From NCBI GenBank assembly GCA_963719515.1, contig CAVRCJ010000010.1, positions 832,001 through 896,000 of the forward strand: a stretch of DNA of 64,000 nucleotides, read 5' to 3'. The notes below the pieces were generated by a model. That model was not told the origin of the DNA. It made no database searches and saw only the letters and a list, made by a program, of their open reading frames with translations. A program made the translations under genes and the position numbers. The stretch is from an uncultured cyanobacterium. GTDB taxonomy: Bacteria > Cyanobacteriota > Cyanobacteriia > CAKZMO01. Every line of letters begins with the position of its first letter. The stretch's first letter is position 1. Below are positions 18,701 through 27,361 of the stretch, piece after piece.

Positions 18701-21065
18701 ATGACCCCACTCCAGCCTCCAAACAATGCCTACACTCACTCACCTGAGCAGCATCCTAATCTGATTCTAGGAAGCTTTCAGCTGCTTTTTTGGCTGGTTT
18801 TCTACCCTCGGCTTGGGAGAATCATATCCAGCGCCTCGACTCTTCCCTCAATAAGAACTTTCTCGCTACTGCGGCTATTTCGCCAGCAGCGATGGCATCG
18901 CGGGCAAATCTGGAAGTTTTTGATTCAAGGATTTGTTCTTTTACCCGTCTTTTTAAGTCTGTTGACAGGCGTCGTTTCCTTCAGCTTAGGGACGTCTTCT
19001 TGAAGAGTGGCGACGGCGGGCGTGGCGTGGCGTATGGCGTGACGTTGGCGTGGCGGTAGGCGTGGCGTTGGCGTGGCGGTAGGCGTGGCATATGGCGTGG
19101 CGTTCGGCGTGGCGGTTGGCGTGGCGTTGGCGTGTGCGTAGGCGTGATGGTAGGCGTGGCGTTAGGTGTGATGGGAGACGTGGCGTTGGCGTGGCGTTGG
19201 CGTGGCGGTAGGCGTGGCGTTCGGCGTGGCGTTGGCGTGGCGGAAGGCGTGGCGTAGGCGTGGCATTCGGCGTAGTGGTAGGCGTGGATGGGAGGCGTGG
19301 CGTGGCGGTGGTGGTGGATCGTGGCGGTAGGCGTAGCGGGAGGCGTAGCGGATGCACGGGGCTATGGGTGAACTGGTGGCGACCAGTTCTTATGTTCGCT
19401 GGACTCACTCCATGGCACATTCTTCTGTATCGCATCGATGAACTTCCGTGCTGGAAAATTTCCAAGCCTCCTTCCACCAGACACATCGCCTTCTGGGATG
19501 AATGGCAATATCTCCCCATCCCCGATCTCGACAAGCACCTCCTCCTAGTCCTCGAGCGCAGCCCCACAGAAGGCCAAGCCGCCCTCAACTACCTCAGCAG
19601 CACCCGCCAGCGCTGGGCCGCCGATTGCCGCCCAAATCGAACTCGACACCCGCCAGCTAGAGCGCTGCGACACCCCTCAAGAATATCGCCCAAATCCACA
19701 AAGCCCTCACCCTCAGCGATCTCAGCGGCCCCGCCAACCCCCTCTTCCGCAGCTTCAACCGCCTCAGCGAAGACACCGCCGCCGCCCTCAACCAAGCCAG
19801 CCCCTACAACCAGCGCCTTGCCCTCACCGCAGTCGCCGAAAAGCCTCGACGCCCTCATCCGCGAGCTCACCCGCAGCAGCGACAAATACGCCGTCCGCTT
19901 CCGCCCCATCGCCCAGCGCTGGAGCCGCATCATCGCCCTTCACATCCAAGACCTCACCCAAGCCGCCGAGCAGCGCCAAGAAATCGACTCCCCCTACATC
20001 ATCGGCGTCCCCCTCACCGAGCGTCAGGAAATCTTCGTCGGTCGCATCGATATCAGCGCCCGCATCGAGCAGCTCCTCCTCGATCGCCGCCGCCCGCCCC
20101 TATTGCTCTACGGCCAGCGCCGCACCGGCAAAACCTCCCTGCTCCACAACCTAGGCCGCCTGCTGCCCAACAGCGTCGTGCCTCTATTCGTCGACCTCCA
20201 AGGCCCCGCCTCCAGCGCCAGCGACCACGCCGGTTTTTTGTACAACCTAGCCCGTGGCATGGCCACCTCCGCCCAGCGCCAGCGCAGCCTCTCCCTCCCC
20301 CCTTTGAGCCGAGAGACCCTCACCGCCGACCCCTTCACCAGCTTCGACGAATGGCTCGACGCCGTAGAAGCCACACTACAGGGCAGCACCGCTCTGCTCA
20401 CCTTCGACGAATTCGAAGTACTCGACCAAGCCCTCACCACGGGCCGCTTCAGCGAGACCCTTGTACTCGGCATGCTCCGCAACCTCATCCAGCACCGCCC
20501 CCGCTTCAAAGTGCTTTTCGCAGGTTCTCACACCCTCGAAGAATTCCAGCGCTGGAGCAGCTACCTCATCAACGCCCAGACCCTGCACCTGGGCTACCTC
20601 AAAGATGACGAAACCCGCCAGCTAATCGAGCGGCCCTCCGCCGACCTCGCTCTCCGCTATCGGCCCGAGGCCTGCGATCGCGTCCTCGCCCTCACGAAGG
20701 GGCACCCCTTCCTGGTGCAGCTGCTCTGCGCCGAAATCGTGGTGCTCAAAAACGAGCAGGACCCCAGCGTCCGCCGGCTGGCCACCCTTAAAGACGTCAA
20801 CGCCGCCGTCCCCGAAGCCCTGAGCAGCGGCAGCATGTTTTTTAGCGACATTGAAGGGAACCAGCTCAGTGAGACTGCGACCAAACTGCTGCACTACATG
20901 GCCGCTCAAGGTGAAGGGGCGATCGCTAATCCTTCAGCGCTGGCTCAGCACTGCGACAACGCAGACTTCGCAGCAGCGATCGCCCTTTTACAGCAGCGAG
21001 AGCTAATCGACGCCGCCGAGGAGCGGGTATCAAATTCGAGTGGAGCTAATCCGGCGGTGGTTTGA
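18701..21065 (+). pseudogene. Membrane-repeat plus STAND-like AAA+ ATPase, interrupted by several frameshifts (pseudogene or assembly errors)
   Basis: Plausible coding sequence alternates between frames (LLFWLVF / PSAWENHIQRLD; QRWAA / QIELDTRQLE; terminal VELIRRWF out of frame). It has GGCGTG(GCG) repeats encoding GVA-like units, SPYIIGVP...FVGR, Walker A GQRRTGKT and Walker B LLTFDEFE. Confidence 0.75.
19010..19352. repeat. Degenerate GGCGTG/GGCGT microsatellite-like coding repeat
   Basis: About 340 bp of near-continuous GGCGT(G/T/A) units. Confidence 0.9.
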
Positions 21066-21150
21066 GCCGCGCTAGCGAGTCTGCGAGCTACTAGCGCACT
21101 ACATCAGCTCACAGACCTAGAATTAAAGGGAATTGCGCACCTCCCCACAC

Positions 21151-23451
21151 ATGAAATCCTCCCCTATAACGCAAGATCTAGTTTTGATTGGCGGCGGCCA
21201 TAGCCACGCGATCGTCCTCAAGCAGTTTGCAATGAACCCGGTACCGGGAGTGCGCCTCACCCTGATTACCAATGTCTCCCACACCCCCTACTCCGGGATG
21301 CTGCCGGGGTATGTGGCGGGCCTGTATACCTTTGACGAATGCCACATTGACCTATGGCCCCTATGCCACTCAGCGGGGGCAAGGCTAATTTTAGACCGGG
21401 CCTCCGGCTTAGATTTGAGCCACCAGCGGGTGCACTGCGCTCAGCATCCCCCCATCGCCTTTGACCTCCTCTCTATCGACATCGGCAGCACCCCCGCTAC
21501 CACGGGCATTGACGGCGCAGAGCACTTAATTCCGGTAAAGCCCATCTCGAAGTTTCTCACCCGCTGGGATGCCCTAGTGGAAAGTCTAATAGGGCAGCCG
21601 CGATCGCCTTTGGCCCTGGCCGTCGTGGGCGGCGGTGCGGGGGGCGTTGAGCTGGCGTTGGCGATAGAGGCCCGCTTCCGGCGGCTCAGTCAGCAGACTC
21701 AAAAAGCGAGGAATCTCGACATTCATCTGTTTCAGCGTGGGGACAAAATTCTGCCCAACCGTTCCCAAATGATGCGTCGCCAAGTCAAGCGACAGCTCCA
21801 GCAGCGCCGCATGATGCTGCACACCGGGCAGAAGGTGACCGCCATAAAGTCTTTTAAAGATTCTGGGTCTAGGCCAGAGGGCCACCCGCTCAGCGTCGTG
21901 ACCCAGCAAGATAAGCTCCCCTGTGACGCGGTGTTTTGGGTGACGGGGGCTTCGGCAGCGCCTTGGATCGCCACCTCGGGCCTTGAAACCGACGGGCAGG
22001 GCTTTATTGCCGTCAATTCCGCGCTCCAGTCCTCCCACCCCAGGGTGTTTGCCGCCGGAGATATCGCCACCCTGCTGGAGCACCCTCGCCCCAAGGCCGG
22101 CGTTTTCGCGGTGCGTCAGGGCCAGCCCCTCTACGACAACCTGCGGCGATCGCTTTTAGGCCAGCCGCTAAAGCCCTTCATCCCCCAAAAGCAGTTTTTA
22201 ATCTTGGTGGGAACGGGGGACGAGCGGGCGATCGCCTCGCGGGGACCGTTTGCTTTGGGGCCTTCCTCGCTGCTGTGGCGCTGGAAAGACCGCATCGACC
22301 GCAGGTTTATGGCGCAGTTTGCCCCCCAGGAGGCCAATGCTGCCGCCGATGCTGCGATGGCGTCACCCTCTAAGGGACAGGCCCCCATCATGTCCTGCGG
22401 CGGCTGCGGCGCAAAAGTAGGCAGTGCGGCCCTCAGCGCGGCGTTGACCCGAGTTCGTGTGGAATGCTCCGGCGTCATCCCCGCCGACGTGGTGCTAGGT
22501 CTAGAGGCCGCTGACGATGCAGCGGTGATACGCCCCCCGGCTGACCAGCTCTGGGTTCAAACCGTGGACTACTTCCCGGCGCTGATTGACGATCCTTTTG
22601 TGCTGGGACAAATTACGGCCCACCACTGCCTCAACGACCTGTGGGCCATGGGGGCCTCCCCCCACAGCGTACTGGCGATCGCCACGTTGCCCTACGCCAC
22701 CGCCGCCAAGCATGAAGAGCTGCTGTACCACCTGCTTTCCGGGCTAGTTAAGGTGCTGCATCAGGAGGGCGCGGCGCTGCTGGGGGGCCATACGATAGAA
22801 GGCGAAACGCTGGCCCTTGGCCTCACCTGCAACGGCACCGTCCCGCCCGAACGGCTGCTGCGGAAGTCCGGCCTTCAGGCGGGGCAGTCTCTGATTCTCA
22901 CGAAGGCTCTGGGCACCGGCACCCTATTTGCGGCGGCGCAGCAGCAGCGGGCCAAAGGGCGCTGGATTGAAGGGGCGATCGCCGCCATGCTGCGCAGCAA
23001 CGCCGCCGCTGCGGCCTGCCTGCAGAAATACGGAGCTGCGGCCTGCACCGATGTCACCGGATTTGGCCTACTGGGGCACCTGTTGGAAATGGTGTCGGCG
23101 ACCGCAGACGCAGACGCCCAGCCGGTGGGAGTTACCCTAATGTTGAATGCTCTACCGCTGCTAGAGGGCACAGCCGACACCCTCGCCCAGGGCATCTTTA
23201 GCTCCCTCCACCCTCAAAACCAGCAGGCCGAGATTCGCCTCCACAACCCTCAGCAGGCCCAGCTGCCGCACTATGCCGCGCTCTTCGACCCGCAGACCTC
23301 TGGCGGGCTGCTGGCGGCGGTCCCGCAGGAGAAGGCTGAGCCCTGCCTAGCGGCGCTGCAGGCTTTGGGCTATGACCACAGCGCCATCATTGGCACCATA
23401 GACTCGCTGGGAGATCTTACCCCGGACAAACCCGTTAGGATTGAGGGGTAA
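21151..23451 (+). CDS. selD: Selenide, water dikinase fused to an N-terminal FAD-dependent oxidoreductase domain
   Basis: N-terminal LVLIGGGHSH; SelD part CGGCGAKVG, DDAAV, QTVDYF, GGHT, TDVTGFGLLGHL and DPQTSGGLL. Confidence 0.92.
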   Translation: MKSSPITQDLVLIGGGHSHAIVLKQFAMNPVPGVRLTLITNVSHTPYSGMLPGYVAGLYTFDECHIDLWPLCHSAGARLILDRASGLDLSHQRVHCAQHPPIAFDLLSIDIGSTPATTGIDGAEHLIPVKPISKFLTRWDALVESLIGQPRSPLALAVVGGGAGGVELALAIEARFRRLSQQTQKARNLDIHLFQRGDKILPNRSQMMRRQVKRQLQQRRMMLHTGQKVTAIKSFKDSGSRPEGHPLSVVTQQDKLPCDAVFWVTGASAAPWIATSGLETDGQGFIAVNSALQSSHPRVFAAGDIATLLEHPRPKAGVFAVRQGQPLYDNLRRSLLGQPLKPFIPQKQFLILVGTGDERAIASRGPFALGPSSLLWRWKDRIDRRFMAQFAPQEANAAADAAMASPSKGQAPIMSCGGCGAKVGSAALSAALTRVRVECSGVIPADVVLGLEAADDAAVIRPPADQLWVQTVDYFPALIDDPFVLGQITAHHCLNDLWAMGASPHSVLAIATLPYATAAKHEELLYHLLSGLVKVLHQEGAALLGGHTIEGETLALGLTCNGTVPPERLLRKSGLQAGQSLILTKALGTGTLFAAAQQQRAKGRWIEGAIAAMLRSNAAAAACLQKYGAAACTDVTGFGLLGHLLEMVSATADADAQPVGVTLMLNALPLLEGTADTLAQGIFSSLHPQNQQAEIRLHNPQQAQLPHYAALFDPQTSGGLLAAVPQEKAEPCLAALQALGYDHSAIIGTIDSLGDLTPDKPVRIEG

Positions 23452-23453
23452 CG

Positions 23454-24557
23454 TTGCCCCAATTTGTAGCCTCTTTCATGCTCACCGTTGAAGAGTTTTT
23501 GCAGCGCCCTGGCCCCATCCTCGACGTGCGTAGCCCAGCCGAGTTTGCCCAAGGCCACCTCCCTGAATCGCGATCGCTTCCCCTATTCGACGATGACGAG
23601 CGGGCCCAAGTGGGCACCTGCTATAAGCAGCAGGGGCGGGATGCGGCAGTGGAGCTGGGGCTAGAGCTGGTGGGGCCAAAGCTGGTAACCTTCGCGCGTC
23701 AGGCTAAGGCTTGGGCCAGTGAGGAGGCCAATCAGGGGGCCAATCAGGGGGCCAGCCAGGAGGGCGGCCAAGTGCGGGTCCACTGCTGGCGGGGCGGCAT
23801 GCGCAGCAGCAGCATGGCCTGGCTGCTGGAGACGTCCGGCCTGTCGGCAACGGTGCTCAAAGGGGGGTATAAAGCCTTTCGCCACTGGGTGCGCCAAACC
23901 CTCAGCATTTCAAAGCCTATTTTTAGCCTGGGCGGCATGACCGGCACCGGCAAAACCTTAGTGCTGACGGCGCTAGCGGCGCAGGGAGAGCAGGTGCTGG
24001 ATTTGGAAGGGCTGGCCCACCATCGCGGCAGCAGCTACGGCAATCTCTGCCTCCCCCCCCAGCCCACCAACGAGCAGTTTGAGAACCGAGTAGCGGCAGC
24101 CTGGCAAGGGTTCGATCCCCAGCGACCGGTGTGGATTGAGGCAGAAAGCCGCCGCATTGGCGCCTGCCGCGTGCCGGATGAGCTGTTCGCTCAGATGATG
24201 CAGGCTCCGGTGGTGCAGATTGGGCGATCGCCCGCCGAACGGATCGCGCTTTTGGCCGATGAGTATGGCGACGCCGATTCCTCAGAGCTGGTGGCCGCAA
24301 CGGAGCGTATTCGCAAGCGACTGGGGGGGCTGCGCACCCAGCAGGCGATCGACGCCATTCACGAGGGGGATTTGCAGCAGGCGATCGCCCTCGTGCTCTC
24401 CTACTATGACAAGACCTATCGCTACGATCTAGAGCAGCGATGCGCCCCTATTCAAGTTGTAGAGGTCACTGGACTGAGCGCCGAGCAGGCCGCTACCCGG
24501 CTGCGGCAGATTGTCCATCCAGACGCAGCAAGCCGTTTATGCAGCGCCAATTTCTGA
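23454..24557 (+). CDS. selU: tRNA 2-selenouridine synthase
   Basis: Rhodanese DVRSPAEF...CWRGGMRS, P-loop GMTGTGKT and DLEGLAHHRGS. Confidence 0.92.
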   Translation: MPQFVASFMLTVEEFLQRPGPILDVRSPAEFAQGHLPESRSLPLFDDDERAQVGTCYKQQGRDAAVELGLELVGPKLVTFARQAKAWASEEANQGANQGASQEGGQVRVHCWRGGMRSSSMAWLLETSGLSATVLKGGYKAFRHWVRQTLSISKPIFSLGGMTGTGKTLVLTALAAQGEQVLDLEGLAHHRGSSYGNLCLPPQPTNEQFENRVAAAWQGFDPQRPVWIEAESRRIGACRVPDELFAQMMQAPVVQIGRSPAERIALLADEYGDADSSELVAATERIRKRLGGLRTQQAIDAIHEGDLQQAIALVLSYYDKTYRYDLEQRCAPIQVVEVTGLSAEQAATRLRQIVHPDAASRLCSANF

Positions 24558-24651
24558 TAGGGTAAGCACAGGATAATACTCTTGGGCTGCACTAGTTTGT
24601 TTATGCTGGGGAGCCCAGAACCCGTGTTTTTGGGAGGAGCCATACTAACCA

Positions 24652-24843
24652 ATGCTGACGATCTTGTTTCAACTCGCGCTGACCGCACTTATTGTGCTGT
24701 CCTTTGCCATGGTGATTGGCGTTCCGGTGGGCTATGCAACGCCCCAAAATTGGGACCAGTCAAAGCGATTGATCCTGTTGGGATCAATCGTCTGGGTGGC
24801 GCTAGTGCTCGTGGTGGGCAGCCTCAACTATCTAGTGGTGTAG
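24652..24843 (+). CDS. psbZ: Photosystem II protein PsbZ
   Basis: ILFQLAL...[22 protein letters not shown]...LN; GGAG RBS. Confidence 0.95.
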   Translation: MLTILFQLALTALIVLSFAMVIGVPVGYATPQNWDQSKRLILLGSIVWVALVLVVGSLNYLVV

Positions 24844-24853
24844 TCCAATTTAG

Positions 24854-25303
24854 CTAGTTCGTGAAAGCCCCCGCGCTGTATGCGCAGCATCAGCGTCGGG
24901 ATGTAAGCGAGCGAGTCGAGGTGCGCCCTTGACTGGATGCCGAAGGTGGCAATTAAGGGCAGCGCCGAGGCGAGCAAAGGGTACAATTGAACCAAGCTCA
25001 AACTATTTCATGGCGGCGGCCTGCTATCCTGACACAAACGTACAGCCCTTGGCTGGTGAACAGTGCAGACGGTAGAAAACGTAGCTGGAAATTGAATACT
25101 CGTCACTGTCTGGGGTTGGTCATTGCCTGGACATTAAACAAATCGCCTGTCGATGGGATCTAATCGGGGTTGCACGGCTTGCTGCGTAACTAGACAGGAC
25201 CAGATGAAGCAGGAAACCTTCTTGCGCGGCATCCATTAAATTGTGGTGCGTGAGCCAAGAAGCCCGCGCTCTATCTAAAAGATGAGCGTCGGGAGTATGT
25301 CGC
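24854..25303 (+). mobile_element. Non-autonomous IS200/IS605-family mini-element (no tnpA or tnpB)
   Basis: Follows TTTAG. Left end CTAGTTCGTGAAAGCCCC...AGCGTCGGGATGTAAGCGAGCGAGTC is nearly identical to 60623-60685. Right end is GAAGCCCGCGCTCTA...AGCGTCGGGAGTATGTCGC. Confidence 0.82.
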
Positions 25304-25407
25304 GGGTACAACCGGATAAAAGTAGCGTGGCACTTGAGTCGATACAGGCTTGCTGAATGTAGCAAGCCTGCACTATCGTGAATGAGCAACACTGACAATC
25401 TGGGACT

Positions 25408-25983
25408 ATGGCTGTATTTGAAGGAACGTTCTCGCAAACCGGCTCGATGCGGTTTGCGATTGTTATCGGTCGGTTCAACGATTTGATTACAGATAAGCTA
25501 TTAGCGGCCTGTCAAGATTGTCTCAAGCGCCACGGCGTTGACCCCACACCAGAGGGCACCCAGGTAGACTACGCCTGGGTACCGGGCAGCTTCGAAATCC
25601 CAATGCTGGCCCGGCAGCTGGCTCTCACCTACCGTTACGATGCCATCATCTGCCTGGGCGCAGTGATTCGTGGCCAAACTCCCCATTTTGACTACGTCGC
25701 CGCCGAGGTCTCGAAGGGCATTGCGTCGGCCAGCGCTCAGACGGGGGTGCCGGTAGTTTTCGGCATCTTGACCACCGACACGATGCAGCAGGCCTTGGAG
25801 CGAGCGGGCATTAAAGGAAATCTAGGCTGGAGCTACGCCATGTCCGCCATGGAGATGGCGAGCCTCATGCGACAGGTCAACGGGGTAGCCCCCCAGTCAA
25901 ACGGTCGGGACCTACCGGCCGCTGCGCCTTCTGCGCCTCCTGCGCTGCGAACGGCCTCCCCAGAATCGGCACAGGATAGCTAG
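25408..25983 (+). CDS. ribH: 6,7-dimethyl-8-ribityllumazine synthase
   Basis: [18 protein letters not shown] and [14 protein letters not shown]. Confidence 0.96.
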   Translation: MAVFEGTFSQTGSMRFAIVIGRFNDLITDKLLAACQDCLKRHGVDPTPEGTQVDYAWVPGSFEIPMLARQLALTYRYDAIICLGAVIRGQTPHFDYVAAEVSKGIASASAQTGVPVVFGILTTDTMQQALERAGIKGNLGWSYAMSAMEMASLMRQVNGVAPQSNGRDLPAAAPSAPPALRTASPESAQDS

Positions 25984-26166
25984 CCTCGGACAGCCTGTTC
26001 AGACCGGTGCCGAACTGTTTTTGCCTGACGGCAGAGCCTGACGGTCGCGCTTTGGCAAGCGGGTTGCCCTGCTAAAATGTGTTAATGTATACAAACTAAA
26101 TGATGCCTCTGTTTTGCAGCGGCTGCCCTTAGTGGATCACAGCCAAAGCAAAGTTTATCCTCTGAG

Positions 26167-26832
26167 GTGTCCTTCATCGAACATTACCAGGTCAAGTTCG
26201 AGACGCTCTGCATTGGCGGCGTAACCTACAAAATTCGCAGCCTGCTAGACCTTCAGCAGTTTTCAGATCCAGACGGACAGGCGCTCCAGCTCGGAATATC
26301 ATCAGCCATGTGGCCGCTGTTTGGGCAGGTGTGGCCCATGAGCAAGATTCTGGCTCAGGTGATGCTTCGGGAGACGCTTGAAGAGCGGCGCGTGCTTGAA
26401 ATCGGCTGTGGCATTGGCCTTCCTAGCCTAGTCGTCAAGCAGCTTGGTGGAAATATCACCGCAAGCGACCACCATCCTCTAGCAAAAGACTTTCTGCTAA
26501 AAAATACAATTCTCAATGCCCTAACCCCCATCCAGTTCAGCGCCGGGGATTGGAACGTTGAAGACCCTACGCTGGGAAAATTTGACTTAATTATTGGCAG
26601 CGATATTCTATATGAGCGCCAGCACGCCGATTTGACGTCTCTCTTTATCGACTCCCACTGCGATCGCCACGGAAAGGTGATTGTCATTGACCCAGGTCGC
26701 GGCTCTCACCGGGCGTTCGCCAGAGCGATGGAACGGTTGGGATACAGCCATTCATGGACCGACCTGAGAGACTATCCCAGCGAAGGCGTTAAGCCCAAAG
26801 GGTTTATTCTCAAATTTTCTCACCAGGGTTAG
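26167..26832 (+). CDS. Class I SAM-dependent methyltransferase (Methyltransf_16-like)
   Basis: FGQVWP, VLEIGCGIGLPS and FDLIIGSDILYE. Confidence 0.8.
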   Translation: MSFIEHYQVKFETLCIGGVTYKIRSLLDLQQFSDPDGQALQLGISSAMWPLFGQVWPMSKILAQVMLRETLEERRVLEIGCGIGLPSLVVKQLGGNITASDHHPLAKDFLLKNTILNALTPIQFSAGDWNVEDPTLGKFDLIIGSDILYERQHADLTSLFIDSHCDRHGKVIVIDPGRGSHRAFARAMERLGYSHSWTDLRDYPSEGVKPKGFILKFSHQG

Positions 26833-26886
26833 GCTGACCTTTAGTGCCCCACAGTTCAAAAGCGGCGGGCGGGCTGCAAGCGTAGC

Positions 26887-27278
26887 GTGACATCCTCCCG
26901 ACGCTGACAGCAAGCTGTACAGCGCGGGCTTCCTCAGTGACTCCCAGCTATTGCCGAGACATATCCTGAGATAGGTTTATACTCCGCCTGATGCCCCACG
27001 GCAGAGTTTTGAATTTTCATCTCCGCGAGGGAGGATACGCACTATGTGTCGCAGATACATTTGCAAACTGAGGAACGGGTGACTTGCAGCTTTCGCCTAC
27101 GGGCCCGTCACACTCTTTGCGGGGTGTATCACCTTGCTATCTCTATCATACCAACTGCTAGCCTCAGCGCTGAGCGCACTATCGGCTGTGCATCATTTTG
27201 CGGGCGCACTTCGGCTAGCGCGACTCTCATCCCGACGCTCACCCTGACGGGTAGAGCGCGGGGCTTCCTGTCTAGTAG
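26887..27278 (-). mobile_element. 392-bp non-autonomous IS200/IS605-family mini-element, copy 1
   Basis: Minus strand reads TTTAG|CTACTAGACAGGAAGCCCCGCGCTCTA...GAAGCCCGCGCTGTA...AGCGTCGGGAGGATGTCAC; near-identical to 45076-45467. Confidence 0.88.
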
Positions 27279-27361
27279 CTAAAATGAGAATTGCAGCTCT
27301 ATCACAAGTCATCACCGCTAGATTCTATAGGATCTACTCGGACGCGCTTTCTCCGAGGCTT

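Noticed and set aside
19010..19352. Possible CRISPR or non-coding repeat array
   Set aside because: Low-complexity 5-6-nt units inside a coding region, with no repeat-spacer structure.
22390..22420. Selenocysteine recoding in SelD
   Set aside because: The active-site codons are TGC (Cys); there is no in-frame TGA.
26887..27278. IStron (group I intron plus IS605) or riboswitch inside the 392-bp element
   Set aside because: The element is short and intergenic, and I could not identify a group I core or a riboswitch consensus by eye. An Rfam scan would settle it.
27046..27282. 78-aa ORF duplicated at 45235-45471
   Set aside because: It runs antisense through the mini-element and its end hairpin; conservation only reflects the recent duplication.
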